Both the position numbers and the translations under genes were made by a program. DNA of 61,054 nt, the filler included, from Dugesia japonica (Eukaryota): NCBI GenBank assembly GCA_001938525.1. It is 5 parts of 5 records of this genome, joined end to end, with 100 filler letters (N's around TTAATTAATTAA, not from the genome) between each part and the next. Parts side by side here need not be neighbours in the genome. Positions count along the whole stretch, not along the records: positions 1 to 11,202 come from MQRL01617956.1; positions 11,303 to 24,274 come from MQRL01508053.1; 3 more parts are not named here. The stretch is one strand, 5' to 3'. The notes below the pieces were generated by a model. It saw only the letters and a program-made list of their open reading frames with translations, was not told where the DNA came from and did no database searches. Positions 1-12,110 of this stretch are shown piece by piece (the first letter of the stretch is position 1; each line of letters starts with the position of its first letter).

Positions 1-239
1 ACTTGATAGTCAAACGACAGGGCAGCCTGGCCGAACAAACTAAGGCTCTCACACAAGAGACACAGTTACTGTTGCAACGCAAAATAGATTTTTTGAAACA
101 ATATATTGCAGATCTCTCCCGTCAGCTAGGAAATCCTACATGGGTCCAATGTGACGATAATGACGACTCGGCGTCGTTCAACATTTTGACGACCGACTCC
201 GCCCAGTGGTTAGACCCGGGTGCATTAGATCTCATATGA
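1..239 (+). CDS. C-terminal part of an element-encoded coiled-coil/bZIP-like protein with acidic tail (paralogue of 58415-58834); truncated by window edge
   Basis: Aligns by eye to 58415-58834: QTKAL..E..LLQRKI(D/E)FLKQYIADLSRQ(L/I)GNP...QWLDPGALDL; AATAAA at 251 after the stop. Confidence 0.75.
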   Translation, partial: LIVKRQGSLAEQTKALTQETQLLLQRKIDFLKQYIADLSRQLGNPTWVQCDDNDDSASFNILTTDSAQWLDPGALDLI

Positions 240-299
240 TTTTCATGTAAAATAAATTTTTTTTCTTGTTCAACTCATTTTAACCTTTAATAAATTCGT

Positions 300-490
300 G
301 ATAATAGGGAAAATAGTGAACCCAAATCCAAAGGCCTATGGGCGCGCACCTCCCATTAAGCGAGAGGTCAACCACAATAAGCTGAATACCTAACCTAGGG
401 GTGTTAGGTTAAATTCTTGAAAGGTTCCCCTGAGGACTGTTTTTCCCCAGCCACATTTTTTCTTCATCCTACTCAGGTGGAACCCCAACA
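300..490 (+). mobile_element. Structured terminus (copy A) of an unclassified repeated element, ending ...GGAACCCCAACA
   Basis: Reverse complement matches 58161-58350 and 11113-11202; similarity stops at the terminal CA in all three copies. Confidence 0.85.
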
Positions 491-884
491 CAATTAGTGC
501 TTCCAACAAACATAGCATAATTTGAACCATGGTCAATTAATTTTCCAACGAAAATCTCAAATATTAGATTTTTCAAATTCAAAGTATAAGTCTTGAAGGA
601 TATTAATATTAATATTGCCATGGGAACTTTTAATACTGATAGTAATATTGTCTGGAAAGTATTTAATGTTAATGTTACCATGGAGAAAATCACTTTCTAT
701 TAATTTTAGTTAATTTAAACAAGAAATAGGCTTTTCCGTGGATTTACATGAAGAAACTTAGAAAAAGTATTACTTATACTTAATTTAAACAAAGAATCAT
801 TTATTGCATTTAAGTTAAGCAAAATAGCATTTAAACAAAAAGTCAGTCAATTAAAACAAAAGTAATTATTACCTAATCGTTAGG

Positions 885-1040
885 TAATCATGGCGTCTTC
901 TTTGATGATTTTTACGTAATCAACGCACTCACAAACGTTCGATCAATTTGATTGCAGTATTACAGCCGCAATTACGTAATCACACACCTAAAATTGTTAA
1001 CCAATCAAAACGCTGAAAACATCTTACAACCAATATAATT
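885..1040. promoter_or_regulatory. Promoter-like motif cluster: two TTACGTAA palindromes, two CCAAT boxes and an ATGGCG core
   Basis: TTACGTAATCA at 912 and 972; CCAAT at 1001 and 1030; ATGGCG at 890. Confidence 0.3.
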
Positions 1041-3100
1041 CTAAACCAGAAAATTTTTCTACTTGGGAGGGGTTATTGGGGCAATGGGAAATTTTACTAA
1101 ATTTAGGAGAAACTTACTAAAATAAGAGTAAGTATACAATTTATCTGGAGAGTAGAATGGAGCAAGGATCAACAAATAAGAGTTATTCAATACAATGAAG
1201 CAAATTGGAAAACGTATCGAGACGAGAACGAACGTCTAAAGTAAAACCATGTGATCAAGAAATTGGAGGTAATCTTGGTAAATTGCGTGTGCCTTTACAC
1301 AAACATCTATATTCTGTTTGCGACAGAAGATTGGAATACGCAGATATGACCAAAAGATACAATTCAGAAAAAGAAACAATCCCAAATCAAAAAGAACAAG
1401 AAGATTTAGAAAATATTAGCTCTCAAGAGGTAAAAGATGATTTTACAAAATGTTCGACTAAAAGAGAGATAACGATTGGATCTGGAATAAGACACGTAAA
1501 TAAGTTGCTGGTTCCGTTTAGATTGAACAAATGAAGGGAACATATACAAAAAAGACGGATCAGTGACTTACACAACCGTACTCATTACTGGATACAGCAA
1601 AGTATCCAAATAAAAAGTGAGATAGTTGATACAAAAAGATTGATAATTAAAGATCAATAGAGGTAGAAACGAGATATTGATGAGATTAAAACAAAAATAA
1701 AAAAGAGTCAGTGAAAGATAAATATATTAGAAGCAACAATCAAGCGTATTAATGCGTCACGGATGCAAGATTAAGAACATATTTATCACGAGAGAACCCA
1801 ACAGTTGATAAAAGATGAGGTAAGAGCAGAAACTGAATTTCGGAAATGCAAAAAGGTTCACGAGGAAAGTCTGATAGCAATCCAGAATTTAGAAAAACAG
1901 GTCGAAGCAGAAAACAAGTGACTCAAAGAAACACCCATTACAGTAGTGTTATCTCACGGCAGAATAATGTCAATTAATCAATTTACATCTGAATAGCAAC
2001 TCCAAGACCATTGGAACCACAGATAAATTATTTAGCACAGAAAGCTCAAAAACAACAAATACAACCAAAACAGAACAAAATCCAGGCTTCGCCTTATTCG
2101 GAATCTGAGGAAGATCTTTTCTGGGGTGAATAAATTCAACCTTTTTTGTACAGATGTCAAAACAATACTAAATATAATATCTATTGATAATTTTCTTTGC
2201 GATTCGATGCCGCTTCTCAGTGTTATTATATTGAAATGTTAGAAACATTTTAAGAAACCCCCAACTGTCCCGTATTAAATTTCAGTAGTTCTAGGTTATA
2301 TTTCTCGTCAACAGAAGGTTCCAGAAACCGATATCCTACAGCCCTATGTTGCATCTTACCTTCTCTCGGCAGTTCTAAGCTGAACCCAATTGACAGTCTA
2401 TTAAATTATGGTAGTTTTTAGCTAGACTCAACCAATGGTCGATTCTCGTCTCTACGACAGAAGGCTCCAGAATCTAAATATTTATTGTAATTATTATGAT
2501 GAAAAGAGAAAATTATAATAAAAGTAAAAATTAAGACTTTGGGCAAAAAAAGAGTTAAAGACAATTGAGGAATTAAATTGTTGAATAGTACCTGAGGCAG
2601 TAATTTAAATGAAGGGGAGGCAGACTAATTAATACTAAGATTCACAATATATAATGTCTTTATAATTTACATTACTCGTTCTGGGANTACTATTAAACAT
2701 AGATTTTAAGGTCACAATAATTTCATTCTGATCAATTAGTTTAAATTCAAATTTAGAACCACGTCGAATATGTGACATAACATCCCATTGAGTGACTGAA
2801 GATTTAATTGATTTTTTGATTAAAGAAATTCTCTAGGTCTTTTCTGGAAGGGGATCCATTAATCTTCGTGAGTTGGTAGTTTCAAATACTAACTTTTGAG
2901 AATGTTTAAATGTTTCTGTACGGAAAATTCTAATTTGCCTCTTTGCTACTTCAATCGATTTGTATCGTTTAATATAATAAGAAAATAATATTCTTTTTTA
3001 ACTTTTATTTTTAAAATCAAATAAGTCATATCCAAATAATATTAATTGATTGAAATAACACCCATTGAAATCGACTCATGCCAACGGTAAATAAGTTGAT

Positions 3101-3600
3101 TTATACCAGTAATAAAGAATTCCCGTGTCCTGGATTCAATAAATTTTCAAGGACATTTTCAATAGTAAAATGATTTTTAAACATTTTGCCTTGCAAGAAG
3201 AGCCCAAAATGCTTATAAAAATAAAAATTGGTAGGTGAGAGGTGTGGCATTTTTGGTGGATGCTGCAAAATTTCGTACCTCAATACTTGCAGCTTTTTTG
3301 TGGCCGAGCATTGTAATGGAGAATAGTAGGACCTATCCTGATGATAGAATGTCGAACGAAAGTTATCCATTTCTTGGGGCTTCTTATCAACTCCCAGGAA
3401 ATATTTATCTTCTGTACCTTTTTCCAAGGAATCATAATGCCTCCAAGATACTACCAATCAGCGTGTTTAATCTTTTAGCAACGTTTTGGAAAGTTTTCGG
3501 TGGTCCAAACACTGTGCTGAGCGTTTGTAGCTGTCATATAAAAACCATTTTTTATCGCAGTTCACGATGCGATTGAGAAATGAATCATTCATGATCAACA
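3101..3600 (-). pseudogene. Degenerate mariner transposase, C-terminal half
   Basis: YEILQHPPKMPHLSPTNFYFYKH...FLQGKMF is a decayed HPPYSPDLAPSD motif; frameshifted. Confidence 0.85.
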
Positions 3601-4933
3601 AATGAACGCCGATTTCTTTGTTTTTAATTTGAGAGCCACAAACACTTACTATATTTATAAACCTCAGATTATCAAGTTTAACAATTTCATAAAGTTTAGC
3701 TGATAAAAGTAATGTATTTTATAGGTACCATTGCTTTAAATAAAAATTTCTCCAAACATAACTATCGGTATTTTATTCTTTTATGAATAACACTTAGAAA
3801 CATGTAGGCCAACGCAGTTGTGCATTATTCTTTTATCTTCAATATTAGAAATTATTTTCAAGTAATTGTCTTTTTTTCATTTTACCCTTGATTTAAAAAG
3901 CTTCTGTTGTATTTCAAGTATTCTTTCTAAAAAGAATGTTACAGTTTAATTCAAGTATGACATTGTACACATCGAAAATGGTAATTTAACCGGGAAAATA
4001 AAAGCTATATGAGAAAATTGTCAATTATAGGTGAACTCAAAACAAAATTGTGAGATGCATTCAATTAAATCATAACAAATTTTTGTCAATTTATTCAAAT
4101 CGATTGAAAAATATACATTTAATAAACAATAATTAATTTCAAAAATAAATGCAATCTTTATTACAAAAAAAAATACGAAAAAACTGACACACATAAAAAT
4201 AATTTATAAATCTACTGTCAACAGAAAGTAATAAATCCAAAAATAAAAATCTTAAATACATAAATATCTAAAAATAATTATCGGAAAATGAACGACTAGT
4301 TGGGAGTATAAATCCTGACCAAAAATTATTTTGATAAAAATAATAATTAATTATCATTAGTTTATAATTTTAATAAAAATTAAAATAATTAAATATATAT
4401 ATATAATCCCAACTAATCAAATAACAAAAGTCAAAGACCGATTTTAATTTTTCAATGATTTAAAATAAAAACAACACCATCATCACCTAATTCAAATTTT
4501 TTTCTCTTTCGTTTATGTTGAATATTGTTAAAAATAGTTTTAAAATCATAATCATAAAGTGATGAGATGTTCCTGAAAATGTTAAACTGAAACAAATTCT
4601 GAAAATAGTTTGCAACACAACAAACCTAAGAATAATAAATCAGCATACATTAAATACACACAAATATACACACACGCAAAAAACACACATAATTCCCATT
4701 TCAAACAAAAATGAGATACAATAAAAATACACAGCTCTATTTTTCACGTCTGTATTATCCTACTAACGCAAATCACATAAATAAAGCGCACAAAATAGAC
4801 AAATCTTAGTAATTAATAATAATAATAAATTACACGCAAACAGCTTCAAGCAAACCAATTTAACACATGTTTAAAGACAAAAGTAGAATTTTATAATTAT
4901 TTCTTGAAATTTNNNNNNNNNNGTGCAAGACAT

Positions 4934-7174
4934 TCAGCGCCTCATGTCGGTCATTCGTCGCCTAGGTTTAGCTAAATTGCTGTTTGTAAGTAGTTTAGCT
5001 TTAGGAATGGCTGAAAGAAAAAAACAAATGATTAAAAACAATTTAAATGAAAACAAATTAAAATTTGGTCACCATTTAAACTTTCTTCAGTGTTTTTCTT
5101 CAATCTTTCTGATATTTCTTTCAAACGATAATCTTGAGCGATCTGATTTCTTATATAGGCTTCTCGCCATGTTTCACCGTCACGTCTGTTTGCTGATTTG
5201 TGATTTTTTTTGAAAAGTTTTTCCCAGAAAAATTCGGTTTTTCTCTGGATTTTCTGAGAAAAACGGAAAAAATTAATTTCGATTAAAATTTTCCTGTTTT
5301 TATTAAAAATTTTAGTTAATTAATTTCATTCGGCTGATTTTATGCAGATTTTCCTAATTTATCAAAGAAAAAACCTTCATTTTATTACATAATAAAAATG
5401 TTAAATNNNNNNNNNNNNNNNNNNNNNNNNNNNNNNNNNNNNNNNNNNNTATTTTATAATCAAATAATTACCTTGCTTTCCCCATCAAAAGCTTTCAATT
5501 TCTCAAAATTAAATTGAGCGATTTCAGTTTCTAAAACTCCGTTTATCGTTCTGAGATTTTCTTCAACTGTATCATGTTTTACTATATTACTTTTTGGAGT
5601 CCATATTTTTCGTTCTGATGAGTATTTTGATGTACAATCGATATCTTCTTTAATTTCATAGTTGATATTATTTTCTTTCTTTTGTAGAATTAAATCTGTT
5701 CGATTATAAACTGATTGTTCGTCCATATCAGAATTCGATAATGAAGAATTTAATGCAGGTAAATCCGATAGTTCTGTTGGAGCGAAATGCGCTGGACTTT
5801 TCTTCAATTGTATATGTGGTTTTTTACTTTCAATATTATGAAAGTTCTCTGATTTTCTCTTTTTTCCTTGATTTTCAGCAGGTTTCGGCAAAGCACTGTC
5901 TTTAAGAAACGTTTCAAATGGCGTTACATTCTGCTTTATATCGGGTTTTCTTGATTTATTTTTATGCTGTTGGTCTGAATTTGAAAAGATTTTTACATTA
6001 GATGGTGGTTTTAATTCCGATGATTTGTCAACTGGGAATTTTTTATTGTCGATACTTATTTGATCACTTTTGATTGGCCTTTTGCTATCATCTTGAAAAA
6101 TATGTTTATCAGATTTTAACAAAAGATCACCTTTTATTTCATTTCTCACTTTATCAACCCTCCTTTTGTTATTTTTATTACTATTTTCATTAATTGGCAT
6201 TAGAAAATCTATTGTATCCATTTTTGAAGATTTCTTTCTACTTTCTTCGAGGCGTTGAAAGTGTGCCTCGTCACTATCTAAATCAGAATCATCACTTTCT
6301 TGTTTCATTTGCTTGTGAGTATATTTAGTAGAACTATCTGTTTTTTTCTGCACAACACTATGATTATATTCCTCGGAATTTTCATCATCGTACCGAACTT
6401 TTGAATTAATCTTATCTTCATGTTTTCTATCAGATTTTTTAGATGATTTTAGATTTTCGGCAAATTCATCACATTCATCAGAATCGATATCAACACTAGA
6501 AAAATCTGAATTGTCATTATTATTTCTATTTAATTTGATATGATTCATTTTACTGCTTTCTGAAGTTTTATTATGCAGCTGAAATTTTTTATTTATATTT
6601 TCATCAATGTCAGAATTATGATTTTCAAATTCTTTCCTATTATGATTTATTGGGTTTTCATTTTCACTTAGAGAGTCACTAGATGTTTGAATATCTGAAG
6701 CATGATCATTCTTTAATTTTTTATAATCACTATTTTTAGATTTATTTCTGTAAGCATATTCAGATTCACTTTCAGAAGAACTACGAGTTTGTTGAACCGG
6801 TTTATTTTCTGTATATTTTACTGATTTACTTGGTTTTACAACATCATGTTTATTTTTTTTCTCATTATCCTGAATCATTTCTGTCCACTCCTGGACTATT
6901 TTATTAGCTAATAAACCAGGTTTCCCTGGTAGTTTTGAACATTTTTTAACTGCTCTACCTATTCTTGACTCCTTCAAAACGTCAAGTGTCACACCAAGTT
7001 CTCGTATAGCTTTAAGTGTTCTATATTTCTGAATAATAATAATATTTTATAAAGGATTTTAAATTTGTAAAATGTAATTATTAAACTAATGTTAACTATT
7101 ACTTTATCCACTGATATTTCTTCTGAATTCAACTTATCAGAGAACTTTTGAAGAATCGTAATTAAATTACTCAT
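4934..7174 (-). CDS. ELOA: Elongin A-like transcription elongation factor (spliced)
   Basis: Exon 7174-7103 and exon 7028-5472 (74-nt GT-AG intron) give a TFIIS-N domain (VTLDVLKESRIGRAVKK...KIVQEW) and a long charged linker. Exon ~5254-5070 encodes FWEKLFKKNH...GETWREAYIR...RLKEISERLK (Elongin A domain). Last exon ~5011-4934. An exon may be hidden in the N-run at 5407-5449. Confidence 0.8.
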
Positions 7175-10004
7175 AACTTTAAAAATAAATATGCGAGTAT
7201 TTTAAAACAAATTTTTACACATAAACATTGTACGTATTTAATTTAAAATAGGATGTAATATTATTATTTTAAATGAAATTTTATAAAATGCAAAAATATT
7301 ACACTGTTATTTTTAAAAATTTTTGACCTGAAAAAGTTATTCAAATAGATATTTTAAAAAAATTTTATTATAATTAAAAATATTGAATACATTAATTTTA
7401 TGCTACTTGTGACTTTTATATTGCACATTTTAATTAAATATTTTTGTGTTAGCACGAAAAAATATAACAATAAAATTAATTTGTTGTATAGGGTGAATTT
7501 TAAAATAAAGTTATTAATTAATTACGGAAATAAAGTAATTTTTCCCGATGTATTACATCAGGCACATCAAACACAGTCCTAGAACGTCACATATCTTCTA
7601 ATAAATTACTAACTAGTTATAACTATTTACGAATGTGCTGTAATGAAATTATATGACGAAAATCAAATTTAAAATGAAAATTCATATTTAACTCTTGTAA
7701 TATCAAAAAAGGTTAAAGCATCAAGGAATGATTATATTTACAAACAACAGAAATCAGCAGTTCATTTACCGAAAATTAGAAGACATGAAAATCAACAAAA
7801 AAGCAAAATGTTTGAAGTGCCATAGTTATACTAATAATGTGTCTTGGCACTGTGGAAGCGTCTTTAACACACGTGTATAACAATAATTGTGTAATATTAT
7901 TCAAAAATCCTTATTTAAAAAATATGTCCACTTATGTTTACATAAATCTATACATGAACATGTGCCACGCGTTATTACATAATAACAAAATATTACAACA
8001 CTTTCTTACTCAAAAAATTTAATAATTATTTAAATTCAAAATCTAATAAAAAAAAGTTTACAAAATATTAGATTTTAAATTAAGTAAAAGTTTTTATTTC
8101 GAAATTAATTTTACATTAAAATAACAATTTACAGCAAAATATTAAATTTATTTACGAAAAATGTTAAGTGAAAATAAAAATTTTATTTACACAATTTAAA
8201 TAGTACAAATGTTTTTCACATGCATCGAAAATATATTCATTGTCAAAATTTTAAATATTTCCCCACTCATTAATAATTATTTCATCTTAAAACATTTATT
8301 ATTAAAGATTGTATTGATATTTTAATTAAATCTATTATTAAATTTTTGAAAAATAATTTTTAAAAATTTTTTGAAAAAAAAGCTTTTTCTTTAATGCATA
8401 CAGCTAAGGAATTTTAATTCAAGAAAATATTTAATTTTAAATAGAAAATATGTAACCAATTTCGAAATTTAATAAATGATTTTTCANAGACATTTTCAAA
8501 ATATACAAAAAAGTATAAATTTTTTTAAAAATATGATATTACATTTAAATTTAAAAATATTTTTAAAATATTAATTTTCACTCTAACTAGAATTTCACCT
8601 GGTAAAAATATATTACTTAAGTTCAAAATTAACGTTGTAAGTTTTATTTATTACATGACTTATCACTCAATCTAGAGATCTGTTTGAAATTCTACTTTGG
8701 CTGATTAATGTTTTTTAATTAAATGATAAATGAAAATTATCTTTTTAGCATTCATTAGAAAAATAGTGAGTATTTAATATTAGTAATGTAAAACTTAAAT
8801 GTCAATTTACTTATAATCATACTTTACAAGAAATCAGAAAGGGACTATGTAAGGTAGTTTAGTCTACTCAAATAATAAAGACTTCAAAAGAAATTAGGCA
8901 AATATTTCTTTAAATTCAACCATTTTAACTGTAAAAATATTTAATGTAAATAAGAGTCTGCCTTACCAATATTGCAAGTTTAACAATAAAAAATAACTTT
9001 ACTTTGAAATATACTCCAACTAAATAAGGCAAACTCCAAAGTTACGTGGGATACAAAATTTTATAACTTTTCTAATATAATTTAACTACTAAAGTTTCAT
9101 CGCGTCTATTTATGTGTTTCCATTGAAATTGCCTTTAAAATGCTATCGGTTGCTTCAATTATTTGGACATGATGTCCAAATATAGTGAATAAATATATTG
9201 AATAATAAAGTTTAATAAAATTAGCTTGATAAAACAAGCCTAATTTATTTTAATTGTTAAATTTAATTAAACAAGTTGTTTTATAATTTTTTAATAAATT
9301 AATTTTTTGTACTATATTTAGCTTTCCAAAACTTCTATTGAATTTATTTTAGACAATTTTTTTTTTAAGACTTTATTTTATTATAAAACTATAATTCGTG
9401 TCATTTTTCATTAAATTTTATATTTATTTTATATTTTATTAAAATATAGTAGTAGTGGAGCGAGTGATCAACCAATTTTTAAACAAAGGAATTTATAAGT
9501 GGATCGCGCAAGATGGAGGATAAGAAACTTTCTATCCAACTAGTAATAATAAACAAAAATTCCTGAAATCTTATCAATAAAATGAAATAAAGAAATTCAT
9601 TATCAAAAGAAAAAAATTTTAGTCAGCTGAACATGAGTACGATAATATTGATTATAACAATGTTGTTAGAACTAGCAAGAGCAACAAACGCAATAGTAGC
9701 GTATGACTGTAATGTTCCAAAGGGGAGACTAAAACATCCCAGAAGGTCTACCGTAGTGAACATTATTATTCCTAATTATTTACTATGGTTACCATGATCA
9801 GATCCCCCACTAGTTTTCTAACTAAATCTTCTGCCATTGATTTAGGAACGAATATCATTTCCATGAGCAACCACAATTATGATTAACCACATCAATACGA
9901 AGACCATTTGCATACCTGAACACTCCCATTATGGAATGAAGTCATCGTAACTAAGTTTAACAGACGTTGATAATGATTGTAACCACTGACAATTGTTTTT
10001 TTAG

Positions 10005-10185
10005 ATACATGCCCAGCTTTCCTCGTTTAATCTTCCGAATCATTCGACACGAGCGTGAGCTAGTTCGGCTCCGTAAATTGGTGTTACATATATTATATCC
10101 AGACAAAGCGGAATATCCCGATGAGACCAATCTGGCATGTCTCGTCAAGATGTTTCCCCTGAAACCGCCATCAAGTCATGATTAA
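10005..10185 (+). CDS. Small element-encoded protein, PDETxLxC-MFPL family (paralogue of 60024-60196)
   Basis: RIIRHERELVRLRKLVLHILYPDKAEYPDETNLACLVKMFPL aligns without gaps to the minus-strand translation at 60.0-60.2 kb; preceded by an acceptor-like TTTTTTTAG. Confidence 0.65.
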
Positions 10186-11112
10186 AGAAAATTTATGTCT
10201 TACTGTCTTAATAATAAGTGGGTAGATGTGAGTGAATCAACCGTTTGATCTACTGGTTATCGTGGATTTATTGATTAAAGAATTTTGATTTTTCATCGGA
10301 TCAAATTCAAAAATTTTTTTTGAAGTGCTTAAATCAAGGANNNNNNNNNNNNNNNNNNNNNNNNNNNNNNNNNNNNNNNNNNNNNNNNNNNNNNNNNNNN
10401 NNTTTTTTGAAGGTGTTGGGCTTCTAGGCTTTTGATGTTATTTTCTTTTCTTCTCTACTGATCGATTTTTCATCTTTTTAATTGAAATTTACGTCTGGGG
10501 GATGATACCTAGTAGCCGCAAGACGATAATTTGTATGATGCCTTCTCCTGCATCACGATCCCCCATTCCCGAATTCGGCGGGACTATGCGTTATCCCGTC
10601 TTATGAAACAAAATCTCTTTGAATTATCGTGGCTTCAGTGGCAAAAACTTTACATTGATGAGTTAAAGAGAAATGACAAGATTTAATTATAATCGAAAAA
10701 ATAACTACCAAAGTTTCAAGCAATAATAATACGATACTGATAATATTAAAAACTATAAAATGAATTCTGTTTATGTAATATATACAGGAACTAATCGATT
10801 ATTAATAGTAATTACATAGAAGCTAATAAAGTGCAATTTCAACTAAGATAAAAATATTAACAAAAAAAAAATTTCAAAGCTAAGAATGTTGACGAAAATA
10901 ATACTGATATAATCTAGTTTAAAATTCGTCGGTTCCAAGTTTAAATGAAGGTTATATTCAGAATGAACATACTAATAATTATCCTAATGATAATAATATA
11001 ACAACAGTAAAATTAACAACACCAATAATAATAATCAAGATATTAATAATGATAATAATACTAATGATAATAATAATAATCCTAATAATAATTATAATAA
11101 TAATAATATTAT

Positions 11113-11202
11113 TGTTGGGGTCCCACCTGAGTTGGAAAAGTGGCCGGGGAAAAAACAGCCCTTAGGGGAACCCTTTCAAGAATTTACCCTACCGTCCCTG
11201 TG
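11113..11202 (-). mobile_element. Terminus (copy B) of the same element, next to an (AAT)n-rich tract and cut by the scaffold end
   Basis: TGTTGGGGTCCCACCTGAGT...GGGGAAAAAACAGCCCTTAGGGGAACCCTTTCAAGAATTTACCCTACCGTCCCT matches copies A and C. Confidence 0.85.
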
Positions 11203-11302
11203 NNNNNNNNNNNNNNNNNNNNNNNNNNNNNNNNNNNNNNNNNNNNTTAATTAATTAANNNNNNNNNNNNNNNNNNNNNNNNNNNNNNNNNNNNNNNNNN
11301 NN
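11203..11302. other. Artificial scaffold linker N-TTAATTAATTAA-N
   Basis: Six-frame stop 12-mer centred in a 100-bp N block; recurs four times. Confidence 0.95.
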
Positions 11303-11899
11303 GTCATGAAACTAGTAAGTATTAGAACTATTATTTTCTATGTAGTCCTTTCCTTGAATAATATTAAAATGCCACGTGAGTGGTATTCATACTGCAGTAA
11401 TTTTGCACTTTTACTGTACTCATACTGTACATGTAATAGACTCATACCATGTATGTAATACACTATATTGTGCATTCATCTTGCATTCTTCATGTAAATT
11501 TCATAAAATGTTTTAATACTTCTATGTATTAAAATATTTTAAATTAATTTCATAAATTAATTTGTGACCCTATGCAATTTCATAAAATATTTAGAGACTT
11601 CTAGATTTATTTTCCCATTCTTTTACATAGGATTTTGAAAGAAATTATTGACTACTATGAAATTTCAGATAATATTTATCAACTACTATATAATTTTAGA
11701 TTAAATCTCACGAGGTTTAGTAAATTTTATCCTTCTTACTCTTAGTTCTTACTTATCATTTTTTAAGTTAAAGCAAAAATACTTACTGAGAATGAAGCGA
11801 AATCTAGTTTAGATCAGAAATAATTGAATAGGTATTGGCTTAAGTGTATAAAATATCAATAAATCTTAATGTAGTGTATTGAATATATCTCATTTAATG

Positions 11900-12110
11900 A
11901 TCTTATATTTATTGATAAAACCAATATTTTCATTATAAAACCCACATTTCCTTGTAAAAACTAGTATTTCCATGATAAAGACCCTATCTTTATTGACGAG
12001 ACCATAAGTTTATTTATTGAAACTAATATTTTCAATGTTGAGATCAATATTTCTTATGATAAGATCAGTATTTTCTATGTTGAACTATTATTTTCTAACG
12101 TTTTATTTGA
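11900..12110. repeat. Degenerate ~21-bp minisatellite
   Basis: Recurring GATAA(A/G)ACCAATATTTTC / GAAACTAATATTTTCAATGTT units. Confidence 0.55.

Noticed and set aside
4923-5213. Plus-strand 96-aa ORF
   Set aside because: Antisense to the Elongin A 3' exons
9448-11202. Treating 9.4-10.2 kb and the 11113 terminus as one element
   Set aside because: Orientation conflicts with copies A and C, where ORFs read towards the CCCAACA end
11247-11258. Recurrent TTAATTAATTAA palindrome as a biological motif
   Set aside because: Always centred in 100-bp N blocks, so it is an assembly linker
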